Part shown: in pieces, positions 37,270-44,657 of the stretch | How positions within the stretch are numbered: position 1 is the first letter of the stretch | Layout: each line of letters begins with the position of its first letter | Virus record (IMG/VR): IMGVR_UViG_3300045988_179769 | Length of the DNA stretch: 44,657 nt | DNA from: a virus | Strand: one strand, 5' to 3' | The notes under the pieces: generated by a model | The model's input: only the letters and a program-made list of their open reading frames with translations | Database searches by the model: none | Told to the model about the DNA's origin: nothing | Program-made: the position numbers and the translations under genes

Positions 37270-38243
37270 ACTTACAGATTCTGGAAACTAGTATAAACAA
37301 TAGGGAAATGTACGATATTTCAGAAATAGCGAGCAATCCAAGATGGACAACTGGAACATCATCCCAACCGGGGAAATTTGAGTTTTCTGTTAATGTTGAT
37401 AAGGTTGTTTTTATTCGTAGCGGAGATATTATTGAGGCAAAAAGTGATGGTAAGACTTTCTTTAAAGGAAAAGTCTTTATTAGGCGAAAAAGCAAATCTA
37501 TGTTGTGGCAAATTATTGCATATGACAATATGCGATATTTAAAAAATGAGGATACCCTTGTTTTCGGTGCGTCTAGTGTGTCTAACAGATTTAAAACAAT
37601 TTGTGAAACACAGGGATTAAAATATAAAGTTTTGGACCAGGTGCCGTATAATTGTCCAGCAGCAGTTATGGATAGTAAAACTTATTTTTCAATGCTGGAA
37701 GATTCGTTAGAAGATACAAGGATTAATTACGGAGGAATGCGTTATGGTATTAGAGATACCGCTGGAACATTAGAATTTTTTTCTTATAATCGTATGATCA
37801 CAAAGCTTGTCATCGGTGACAATTCGCTTATGACTGATTATGATTATGAAGCTTCAATTGATGATTCAGCCAATGCAGTCAAAGTGATTCGTGAGGATTC
37901 GGAAAAAAAATCTCGAGAAGTCTATACTGCCAGTCATTCTGGAAATATAGAAAAGTGGGGACGGCTGCAAATCGTTGAGACAGTAAGCGATGCTGATTTA
38001 AACTCATCCCAATTACAACAACAAGCAAATTCTCTATTACGTGAAAATAATAAAGAATTTAAGTCACTCGGGATTGAATCAGTGGGCACTCTTGAAATCC
38101 AAGCAGGAAGCAGCTTTATTTTGAGATTATCAGATCTTCAAAAGGATGGCATCGGCACAGATAGTTTAGCGTTAGTAACCTCTTGTGTCCATAATCTAGG
38201 CAAAGTTCATACAATGAGTTTACAAGTTGAGGTGGTGGCATAG
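37266..38243 (+). CDS. Baseplate hub / late-control-D-like tail protein (XkdQ-like)
   Basis: Position; RBS gaggag before ATG 37266. Confidence 0.45.
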   Translation: MNLQILETSINNREMYDISEIASNPRWTTGTSSQPGKFEFSVNVDKVVFIRSGDIIEAKSDGKTFFKGKVFIRRKSKSMLWQIIAYDNMRYLKNEDTLVFGASSVSNRFKTICETQGLKYKVLDQVPYNCPAAVMDSKTYFSMLEDSLEDTRINYGGMRYGIRDTAGTLEFFSYNRMITKLVIGDNSLMTDYDYEASIDDSANAVKVIREDSEKKSREVYTASHSGNIEKWGRLQIVETVSDADLNSSQLQQQANSLLRENNKEFKSLGIESVGTLEIQAGSSFILRLSDLQKDGIGTDSLALVTSCVHNLGKVHTMSLQVEVVA

Positions 38244-38545
38244 TGGCAGGCGAAAAATTAGCTAGTGTAATCAAAAGAAGCAAACCAAAAGAAAGCGAAT
38301 TGTCAGATTTGATATTTGGCGTTGTTACTAGCGCTAATCCATTAACGATTCGTGTAGACAATCGATACAGCGTTGGTAGCCAACATCTTATTTTATCGCA
38401 GATGGTTAGAAATCTTTCAGTAACGGTAACGATAGACGGAAAACATGGGACTGCGCAAGTATTTCGTCCGCTACAGGCAGGTGATCGTGTAAATATGTTA
38501 AGAGTGAGCAAAGGGCAAATGTTTTACGTTTTGGAAAGGAGCTGA
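38243..38545 (+). CDS. Small baseplate protein (XkdR-like)
   Basis: Position; GTG start with RBS gaggtgg. Confidence 0.4.
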   Translation: MAGEKLASVIKRSKPKESELSDLIFGVVTSANPLTIRVDNRYSVGSQHLILSQMVRNLSVTVTIDGKHGTAQVFRPLQAGDRVNMLRVSKGQMFYVLERS

Positions 38546-38549
38546 TTAA

Positions 38550-38924
38550 GTGGATGAAGAAATTCTTGATCAATTGCCAACTAGGACTTACCGGGTTTTA
38601 AATAACCGTATTATTGGCTGGGTCGATGATTTAGAAGCTATGCGTCAATCCATTGAAAAAGTGCTTCAAACAGAAAGGTTTACATGGCCTATTTACACAG
38701 ATAACTATGGTATTGAATTACAGAACTTAGTTGGCCAAGATTTAGATCTGGTTATTTCGGAAATTGAGCGAGTAATAACAGAAGCTTTATCACCAGATGA
38801 AAGAATTGTAGGATTAGAAAATTTTTACATTTCAAAAGAAAGCAGGAGTACACTTCTGGTTTCTTTTTTTGTATCGACGATCTTTGGACAAATAAAAATT
38901 GATCAGGAGGTGAACGTGGAATGA
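38550..38924 (+). CDS. Baseplate protein (XkdS-like)
   Basis: Position; GTG start with RBS aaaggag. Confidence 0.4.
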   Translation: MDEEILDQLPTRTYRVLNNRIIGWVDDLEAMRQSIEKVLQTERFTWPIYTDNYGIELQNLVGQDLDLVISEIERVITEALSPDERIVGLENFYISKESRSTLLVSFFVSTIFGQIKIDQEVNVE

Positions 38925-40054
38925 ATCCAGAAGAAATTGGAAATTATCTGGAGGTTTATGATTTCGACTATTTTATAAATGATGCCCTCTCAAGAGTTCC
39001 TGAAGGTATTGACACGAGAGAAGGATCTATCATCTACGATGCGTTAGCACCGACCTGTTACCAATTGTCAGATTTCGTAATGCAGCTGAAAAATGTGCTT
39101 TTAGATACATTTGTTGCAACTGCTACTGGGGAATATCTCGATTATCGAGCAGAAGAAGCTGGTTTAAATCGTATTCAAGCTACAAAATCTATTGTTCGAG
39201 CAAAATTCAAGCGATCTGATGGTAGTCCATTTTCTTTGGCCATCGGCAGTAGATTTTCTTCTACAGGAGAGGAAGCAGTTTATTACCGCGTAATTGTTGA
39301 AGATTCAGAACCCGGCACATACCGAATGCAAGCAGAAACTGAAGGTGAAATAGGAAACAAGTTTATTGGTACATTGCTACCGTTGGATAACTTTAATGGA
39401 TTAGCAGAAGCTGTTTTGACTGAAATATTGATTCCTGCTAGAGATACTGAATCAGATGACGATTTAAGAAAGAGAATTATAGAAGCTAAAGAGATCGTAA
39501 CTTTTGGCGGAAATATCTCTGACTACTACTATTTAACATCAGGTATCGATGGAGTGGGAGCAGTTCAAGTGTATCCGGTTTGGAACGGTGGGGGAACAGT
39601 GAGGTTGGTTATTCTGGATGATACTTATCACTCAGCTTCCTCAGTGCTAATCGATCGAGTTCAACAGATGATTGATCCCACAAAAGATGGACAAGGTTTA
39701 GGATACGCACCTATTGGACATAAAGTAACTGTTGCAGGTCCAGTTGAAAAAGTTGTTGATGTATCTTTCGAATTAACTCTGAATTCAGGGATCACCTATC
39801 CTCAAGTTGAAGTTCAAATACAAAATGTTGTAGCCAATTATTTTGATAAAGTAAGAAAGTCATGGGATGAGCGTAATGATTCAGGCTATGAATGCTGGAT
39901 CTTTCGATCGCAAATAACTGCAGCAATTTTGTCAGTGTTAGGTGTGGCCAACGTCCAATCCTTAAAACTGAACAATGTAGAAGCTGATGTGAAGATGGAG
40001 TTGACTGATATTAAACAAGAATTACCAATGCTCGGGGAAGTGAATGCTCTATGA
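38921..40054 (+). CDS. Baseplate J-like protein (XkdT-like)
   Basis: 377 aa; position in the PBSX-like order. Confidence 0.55.
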   Translation: MNPEEIGNYLEVYDFDYFINDALSRVPEGIDTREGSIIYDALAPTCYQLSDFVMQLKNVLLDTFVATATGEYLDYRAEEAGLNRIQATKSIVRAKFKRSDGSPFSLAIGSRFSSTGEEAVYYRVIVEDSEPGTYRMQAETEGEIGNKFIGTLLPLDNFNGLAEAVLTEILIPARDTESDDDLRKRIIEAKEIVTFGGNISDYYYLTSGIDGVGAVQVYPVWNGGGTVRLVILDDTYHSASSVLIDRVQQMIDPTKDGQGLGYAPIGHKVTVAGPVEKVVDVSFELTLNSGITYPQVEVQIQNVVANYFDKVRKSWDERNDSGYECWIFRSQITAAILSVLGVANVQSLKLNNVEADVKMELTDIKQELPMLGEVNAL

Positions 40055-40632
40055 GTCTTAAAGATTTAGTGCCGAATTGGTATGAGAGTATAAAGGAATT
40101 TGATGTTTTATTTGAGGTCGAAGACAAACTAATTCAAGAAGTGGATGAGCATCTTAAAAAGATCAAAAATAACCAATGGATTCAGACTGCAGATGAGCAG
40201 ATGATTTATTTCCATGAACAGCTTTTAGGAATCCTTGTTAATCCTGAAACAGAAGATCTTGAATTTAGAAAGCAGAGAATTTTAAATCGATTACAATCGA
40301 CTCCTCCTTTTACGATTTCATATTTAAAGGACCATTTGAACAGAATTTTCGGTAAAGAAAACTATTTGTTGATCGTGAAATATGATGATTACCAAATGGT
40401 TTTAGAAACTGCTGCAGAGAACGCAAATTGGTTTTTAGAAGCTCAAAAAATTATCCATAAAGTAAAACCAGCAAATATCATTTATATACAACGGCCGACT
40501 TATCTTCAGGAGATTGTGTTGGTCGAAACAGCTGCAATTGCTCCATTAACTTATTTTCGGCTTGGACGAAGTCGAGTTGGTAAGGATCAGCTACTAAAAC
40601 GATCAGAAGATAGTGAGGTGATTCTTCAGTGA
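40051..40632 (+). CDS. Tail protein (XkdU-like)
   Basis: 193 aa; position. Confidence 0.45.
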   Translation: MSLKDLVPNWYESIKEFDVLFEVEDKLIQEVDEHLKKIKNNQWIQTADEQMIYFHEQLLGILVNPETEDLEFRKQRILNRLQSTPPFTISYLKDHLNRIFGKENYLLIVKYDDYQMVLETAAENANWFLEAQKIIHKVKPANIIYIQRPTYLQEIVLVETAAIAPLTYFRLGRSRVGKDQLLKRSEDSEVILQ

Positions 40633-40895
40633 TTACTGAAAGTTTAAAAACAAAGGTCAATACTGCAATAAAAGAAATGGTCACTGCTATTCGTTTAAAT
40701 GGTGAAATACCAATTAATGAATTCAGTTCGGTAGTTGAGGGATCCATCTTACTTATAGAATTCGAAATTCCTGAAGAAATTGCAATATTAAGAAAGCTAG
40801 AGTTCTACGACAAAGAGTCTCTCCTTTCTGAATGCAAAGTATATGTCCCGATTAGTGGTAATACATTGTTTAAATATCGAATAGAGGTGAAATAG
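40629..40895 (+). CDS. Hypothetical tail-associated protein
   Basis: Translationally coupled ORF upstream of the fiber gene. Confidence 0.35.
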   Translation: MITESLKTKVNTAIKEMVTAIRLNGEIPINEFSSVVEGSILLIEFEIPEEIAILRKLEFYDKESLLSECKVYVPISGNTLFKYRIEVK

Positions 40896-43319
40896 ATGGC
40901 AAAACAATGGAAAAATGAAGATATTATTTATCCTGAGGACGCCCAGCGTTGGGAAAGCGGGCTAGAAAATGCTCAACAAAACAATGCTCAGAATGAAACT
41001 AATCTTAAGAATCACACGGTTAATAAATCGAACCCTCACAATGTGACAGCGGCACAAACTGGAGCGTATACGAAAGCTGAAGCAGATACCAAAGACTCAA
41101 CTGTTCTTTCAACTGCAAAGGCATATACGGATTTACACTCTGTAAAAAAAGATAATCCTCATGGAGTAACTGCAGCTCAGGTTGGTGCTTACTCAAAGGT
41201 AGAGTCAGACTCGAATTTGACAGCAGCCCTGTTACCTAAGACTGATTCACGAGGATACAGTAATGGAATCGTGACGGATATTTCTGGTGCGGATTTAAAC
41301 AATTTGACTGAAACTGGAACTTTTATGGGATCCGCTCTAACAAATGCACCATCATCAAGTTGGTGGTTTATAACGAACTTGGTCCATGCATCTAATTACA
41401 TTACTCAGATAGCTTATGTTGTTTCAGCTACAGCAGATCGTCCAAGAGTAAGGAAGAAATCAAATGGTATTTGGGGAGAATGGCAGACATTAATGTTTAC
41501 CTCTGACAATGCCGTTTCCTCATCTAAGTTGCAAACTCCTAGACGTATTGCCGGAGTAGATTTTGACGGAACTAAGGACATTTCAATACCAGCGAATAAC
41601 GTAGGTGCGTATACTAAAAATGAAGTTGATACTCAAATTGCTACTGCTAAAAGCAGTGTTATAAGTGGGAATGTATCTTCTGCGACAAAGCTACAAAATC
41701 CTAGGAAAATCAACGGAGTAGATTTTGATGGAACATCTGATATATCAATTACAGCTGATCCTAATCAACAGACTATCCCTGCTAATACTAATTTAGATAA
41801 TTTAACTACGCCTGGTTTTTGGAGTTCAGTTTCAGATGGTAATACAGGAACTTTAACAAATGTGCCTTTTGGAACAGGCACTTTTACGTTGCAAGTCGAA
41901 ACTGGATTGAATGATACTCGGATTATCCAAACAGCCAAACGTGCCACTAATGGCGATATTGCGATTCGGTCTAAAACGGAATCAGCAGCTTGGCGACCAT
42001 GGGTAGCTTTGGCTAAAAATGATGGAAATATACAAGCTGGCTTAGTCGCAGAGAAAGCAAGTAGACTAGCAAATCCTAGGACAATAGCGGGCGTTCAATT
42101 TGATGGAACTAGTAATATTGAAATCAGCGCTGATAATGTAGGTGCCTATAGTAAAGAACAAGTGAACACAAGGCACAGAAGCAATACGATTAAAACGAAT
42201 TATGTTTCTCATAGAGGAATGAGTATTTTGGCTCCTGAAAATTCATTAAAAGCGTTTGATTTTGTCACTCGCCACTCTGCAATAGAAACCGATATTCAAG
42301 TTACTTCTGATGGCGTTTGGATTTGTATGCATGATTTAACTGTCGACAGGACAACAAATGGTACAGGATCAGTTGCTTCAAAGACTTTGGCACAAATGAA
42401 AGCCTTGCGGATAGATTCAATTGAAAATCCGCACAATAACATTCAAGTTAATAGCTTCAATGATAATGATTTAAAAGTTCCTACTTTTGAAGAGTATTTG
42501 GTGATCTGCCGAAGTCGAGGCAAAGTTCCTGTGGTTGAGATTAAGAAATCGAGCTACACGGCAGCTAATTATCAAAACTTAGTCAATATATTAAAAAAAC
42601 ACAGAATGGAAAGTACAGCAATCATAATTTCAACTGAGATTTCCATTTTAAGTTCTATAAGAAATCTTCTACCTAATATTCACGTGCAACAAGTAATTCA
42701 AGAAATTTCTCAAAGTATATTGAATAGCATCGCTAGTTTAGGAACGCCCTGCGGCATTGCTGTTAAATATGATTCTAGTAGTGTAACTCAAACTAACATT
42801 GACTTAGCGAAAAGCTTGGGATTAACGTTAAACTTATGGACAGTTCCCAAAACTGAATTTGCTAGATTAGAAGCTTATGGAATAGATTTCATTACTACGG
42901 ACGAGATGTCTGGTACACGTAAGTATGAATTTCTAGATGATTCTAAGATGAAGAATGCTTGGAAGGATTATTTTTCAAATTCAAATGCACCCAATCCTTC
43001 GAAATCATACGTTGAAGAGTTAGATGATGGAATTATTCATGTTCATTTACATGTTAGAGATGGTAATAGGACAAAAGGATTGCCTGTTTGTGTGTTGCCG
43101 GAATGGGCGTGGCCGCAAGCAGAAATTTGGGGGACTGCTACATTAAGAACATCTAATAATATTGCAATGGGAACGTGCGATATTTTAGGCTATGTTTCAA
43201 TGAAAGATTCGATCAATGCAGGATTGTCTCCAGGTTCTATCGTTGTAGGGTTAGGATGGGAACAGGGTTCAGGATCAAATTGGGTCCGAGCTGATTTTGT
43301 ATACAATCCGGCCTTTTAA
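40896..43319 (+). CDS. Tail fiber / receptor-binding protein with N-terminal repeat array and C-terminal GDPD domain
   Basis: Repeats: NPHNVTAAQTGAYTKAEAD / NPHGVTAAQVGAYSKVESD. Three ~40-aa units K/RLxNPRxIxGVxFDGTxxIxIxAxNVGAYxK. C-terminal VSHRGMSILAPENSLKAFDF...ETDIQVTSDGVWICMHD is a canonical GDPD motif. Confidence 0.75.
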   Translation: MAKQWKNEDIIYPEDAQRWESGLENAQQNNAQNETNLKNHTVNKSNPHNVTAAQTGAYTKAEADTKDSTVLSTAKAYTDLHSVKKDNPHGVTAAQVGAYSKVESDSNLTAALLPKTDSRGYSNGIVTDISGADLNNLTETGTFMGSALTNAPSSSWWFITNLVHASNYITQIAYVVSATADRPRVRKKSNGIWGEWQTLMFTSDNAVSSSKLQTPRRIAGVDFDGTKDISIPANNVGAYTKNEVDTQIATAKSSVISGNVSSATKLQNPRKINGVDFDGTSDISITADPNQQTIPANTNLDNLTTPGFWSSVSDGNTGTLTNVPFGTGTFTLQVETGLNDTRIIQTAKRATNGDIAIRSKTESAAWRPWVALAKNDGNIQAGLVAEKASRLANPRTIAGVQFDGTSNIEISADNVGAYSKEQVNTRHRSNTIKTNYVSHRGMSILAPENSLKAFDFVTRHSAIETDIQVTSDGVWICMHDLTVDRTTNGTGSVASKTLAQMKALRIDSIENPHNNIQVNSFNDNDLKVPTFEEYLVICRSRGKVPVVEIKKSSYTAANYQNLVNILKKHRMESTAIIISTEISILSSIRNLLPNIHVQQVIQEISQSILNSIASLGTPCGIAVKYDSSSVTQTNIDLAKSLGLTLNLWTVPKTEFARLEAYGIDFITTDEMSGTRKYEFLDDSKMKNAWKDYFSNSNAPNPSKSYVEELDDGIIHVHLHVRDGNRTKGLPVCVLPEWAWPQAEIWGTATLRTSNNIAMGTCDILGYVSMKDSINAGLSPGSIVVGLGWEQGSGSNWVRADFVYNPAF

Positions 43320-43325
43320 TAAAGT

Positions 43326-43366
43326 TAGAGCAATCGGCTTAATGGTCGGTTGCTTTTATTTTAGGA
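43326..43366. terminator. Rho-independent terminator after the tail fiber gene
   Basis: agcaatcggc-ttaatg-gtcggttgct stem (with G-U pairs) + ttttatttt. Confidence 0.5.
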
Positions 43367-43379
43367 AAGTAGGTGGCAT

Positions 43380-43673
43380 ATGTTAAACGTAGGAGAGTTA
43401 GCAACTTGGGCGGGGTGGATAATGACGATTGTTGGAATGCTGGCACTTGTAATCAAACCGGTAATGTCTAATTTCACAAAAATTGCAGATAATCTGACTA
43501 AGCTTGCGCATAATCTTGATCTATTAACTAGAGATTTAGAAGCAAGTAAATCTGATCGTGTAGCAATTCATGATGAATTAAAGCGACATGATGAGCGTTT
43601 GGATAAGCACAATGATCGATTGATTGAACATGGAGAACAATTAAAATCTTTATGGAAAGAAAGAGGGAAGTAA
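43380..43673 (+). CDS. XhlA-like hemolysin-family membrane protein (lysis-associated)
   Basis: N-terminal TM WAGWIMTIVGMLALVI. C-terminal coiled coil DELKRHDERLDKHNDRLIEHGEQLKSLW typical of XhlA. Precedes holin and amidase. Confidence 0.55.
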   Translation: MLNVGELATWAGWIMTIVGMLALVIKPVMSNFTKIADNLTKLAHNLDLLTRDLEASKSDRVAIHDELKRHDERLDKHNDRLIEHGEQLKSLWKERGK

Positions 43674-43674
43674 T

Positions 43675-43920
43675 ATGAAATTGACGAACACGCAATATGA
43701 TTTAGCAAAAAAAGTTTTAACCGTTGGGGTGCCAGGAATCACGGCATTTATCGTAACTTTAGGCGGTTTATATGGATTCTCAACAGAAATCATTGTTGGA
43801 ACGATCACGGCTGCTGCAACTTTAGCTGGTGTGTTCTTGAATATCGCTAGCAGCCAGTATCAAGATGAACAAAAACCAGATTACGGCGATGGACAGGAGT
43901 TCACAGAAAAAAAGGAGTAG
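43675..43920 (+). CDS. Holin (two-TM)
   Basis: 81 aa, two hydrophobic segments (GVPGITAFIVTLGGLYGF; IVGTITAAATLAGVFLNIA), charged C-terminus; lysis cassette position. Confidence 0.6.
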   Translation: MKLTNTQYDLAKKVLTVGVPGITAFIVTLGGLYGFSTEIIVGTITAAATLAGVFLNIASSQYQDEQKPDYGDGQEFTEKKE

Positions 43921-43961
43921 CCGCTTGGCTGCTCTTTTTAATTTGAAAGGATGATGAAAAA

Positions 43962-44171
43962 ATGAAACGAGAAATTTTAAAGCAGTTTGAAGAACTAGAG
44001 GATCTAGTGGATATCGAAATCAAGAATATTGCCAGTAAATTATTGGAAGAATATTCCACTTATCAAGAAGCAGTGGAGGCTTTGAATGATTACTATCGCA
44101 GTCGATTTAAACTAGACGATCATGTCTATTCTGAAATCCACAAAAAAATGATTGCACAAGCAACTAAGTAA
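43962..44171 (+). CDS. Small acidic hypothetical protein between holin and endolysin
   Basis: RBS gaaaggatgatgaaaaa before ATG; 69 aa. Confidence 0.4.
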   Translation: MKREILKQFEELEDLVDIEIKNIASKLLEEYSTYQEAVEALNDYYRSRFKLDDHVYSEIHKKMIAQATK

Positions 44172-44194
44172 TAGCAGCCAGCGCAATCATTCTT

Positions 44195-44380
44195 TTAATC
44201 CGGGATACCTCTCATCCTATTTTGTTGACGTTGCTTGTGAGAAATGTTTTCAGAAACATGTTTCGCTAAATCACGATCTTTGGAGAATTCTTTCAAAATC
44301 TTTTCCAATGCCAAAGAAAGCTCTTTTGATTGAGCGACACCATGTTCAGAAAGTATTTGTTCAATCCGTTCTGCTCTCAT
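44195..44380 (-). CDS. Hypothetical 61-aa protein, reverse-strand moron preceded by the conserved palindromic element
   Basis: RBS aggag + 8 nt + ATG (44380) on the - strand, located inside element copy B. Confidence 0.45.
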   Translation of the reverse strand: MRAERIEQILSEHGVAQSKELSLALEKILKEFSKDRDLAKHVSENISHKQRQQNRMRGIPD

Positions 44381-44388
44381 AATTAAAT

Positions 44389-44436
44389 CTCCTTATCAGT
44401 TATTTCAGTGGACCACTCACTGATAAGGAGAGTATA
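44389..44436. promoter_or_regulatory. Conserved 48-bp palindromic element (copy B)
   Basis: ctccttatcagttatttcagtggaccactcactgataaggagagtata. 12-bp perfect stem ctccttatcagt/actgataaggag with inner palindrome agtggaccact. 42/48 identical to 5497..5544. Confidence 0.6.
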
Positions 44437-44466
44437 TCAAAAATAATAACAATCGGAGGAAAAAAA

Positions 44467-44657
44467 ATGAGCTTTATTAAATACGAGTATATCCGAATCA
44501 ACAAATTTTCTCGTCCAGGAATTAAAAATTCTGGAATCAAAGGCTTGATCATGCATTATACTGCGAACAACGGAGGAACTGCACGAAACCATAAAAGCTA
44601 CTTTAACAACCTGAATGGTGTTTATGCTTCTGCTCATTTGTTTGTGGATGATGAGGA
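44467..44657 (+). CDS. Endolysin (N-acetylmuramoyl-L-alanine amidase), 5' portion; continues at position 1 through the terminal repeat
   Basis: RBS tcggaggaaaaaaa + ATG 44467; MSFIKYEYIRINKFSRPGIKNSGIKGLIMHYTANNGG... in frame with 7..870. Confidence 0.8.
   Translation, partial: MSFIKYEYIRINKFSRPGIKNSGIKGLIMHYTANNGGTARNHKSYFNNLNGVYASAHLFVDDE

Noticed and set aside
1-44657. CRISPR arrays, tRNA or rRNA genes, transposases
   Set aside because: No regularly spaced repeat array and no cloverleaf-compatible segment were found; the candidates at attP and 21170..21290 did not fold as tRNA. No IS-like inverted terminal repeats or transposase motifs.
1-44657. Possibility that this is a defective PBSX-like tailocin/monocin
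   Set aside because: Integrase, repressor switch, replication, terminase, portal, capsid and scaffold genes are all present and intact, so it is a complete phage.

Overview
The window is a complete ~44.5-kb temperate phage genome assembled as a circle. Positions 1..119 are identical to 44539..44657, and the endolysin gene begins at 44467 and continues across the junction to 870. It is AT-rich and Firmicutes-like; the ArpU-family regulator, XhlA/holin/amidase lysis cassette and PBSX-like tail genes suggest an Enterococcus or Listeria type host. Gene order, counter-clockwise (- strand) lysogeny module first: GDPD-type phosphodiesterase moron next to a putative attP carrying four TGACCATACTT arm-type repeats, tyrosine integrase, ImmA-like metallopeptidase and XRE/CI repressor. 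The rightward (+) early genes follow: Cro, Xis-like HTH, Rha antirepressor, a protein with three Myb-like repeats, an SbcC/Rad50-like ATPase with a CPTC zinc hook, a RecT-like protein, an MBL-fold hydrolase, a DnaD-like replisome organizer with internal iterons, a DnaC-like loader and RusA. Then come many small ORFs, an ArpU late regulator and a ParB-fused DNA methyltransferase. The late operon runs TerS, PBSX-type TerL, portal, Mu-F-like head morphogenesis protein, scaffold, major capsid and connectors. A contractile PBSX-like tail module follows: sheath, tube, a chaperone pair with an A_AAA_AAA -1 frameshift site, a 1486-aa tape measure, XkdP/Q/R/S/T/U-like baseplate proteins, and an 807-aa tail fiber with repeats and a C-terminal GDPD domain. 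The lysis cassette (XhlA-like, holin, amidase) closes the genome. Unexplained features are several - strand morons, two of them preceded by a conserved 48-bp palindromic element that contains their RBS. There are also two paralogous mini zinc-ribbon ORFs, two early proteins with acidic DPY C-termini, and a GC-rich island with a perfect CCACGCGTGG palindrome. All calls rest on reading motifs by eye; no searches were run.
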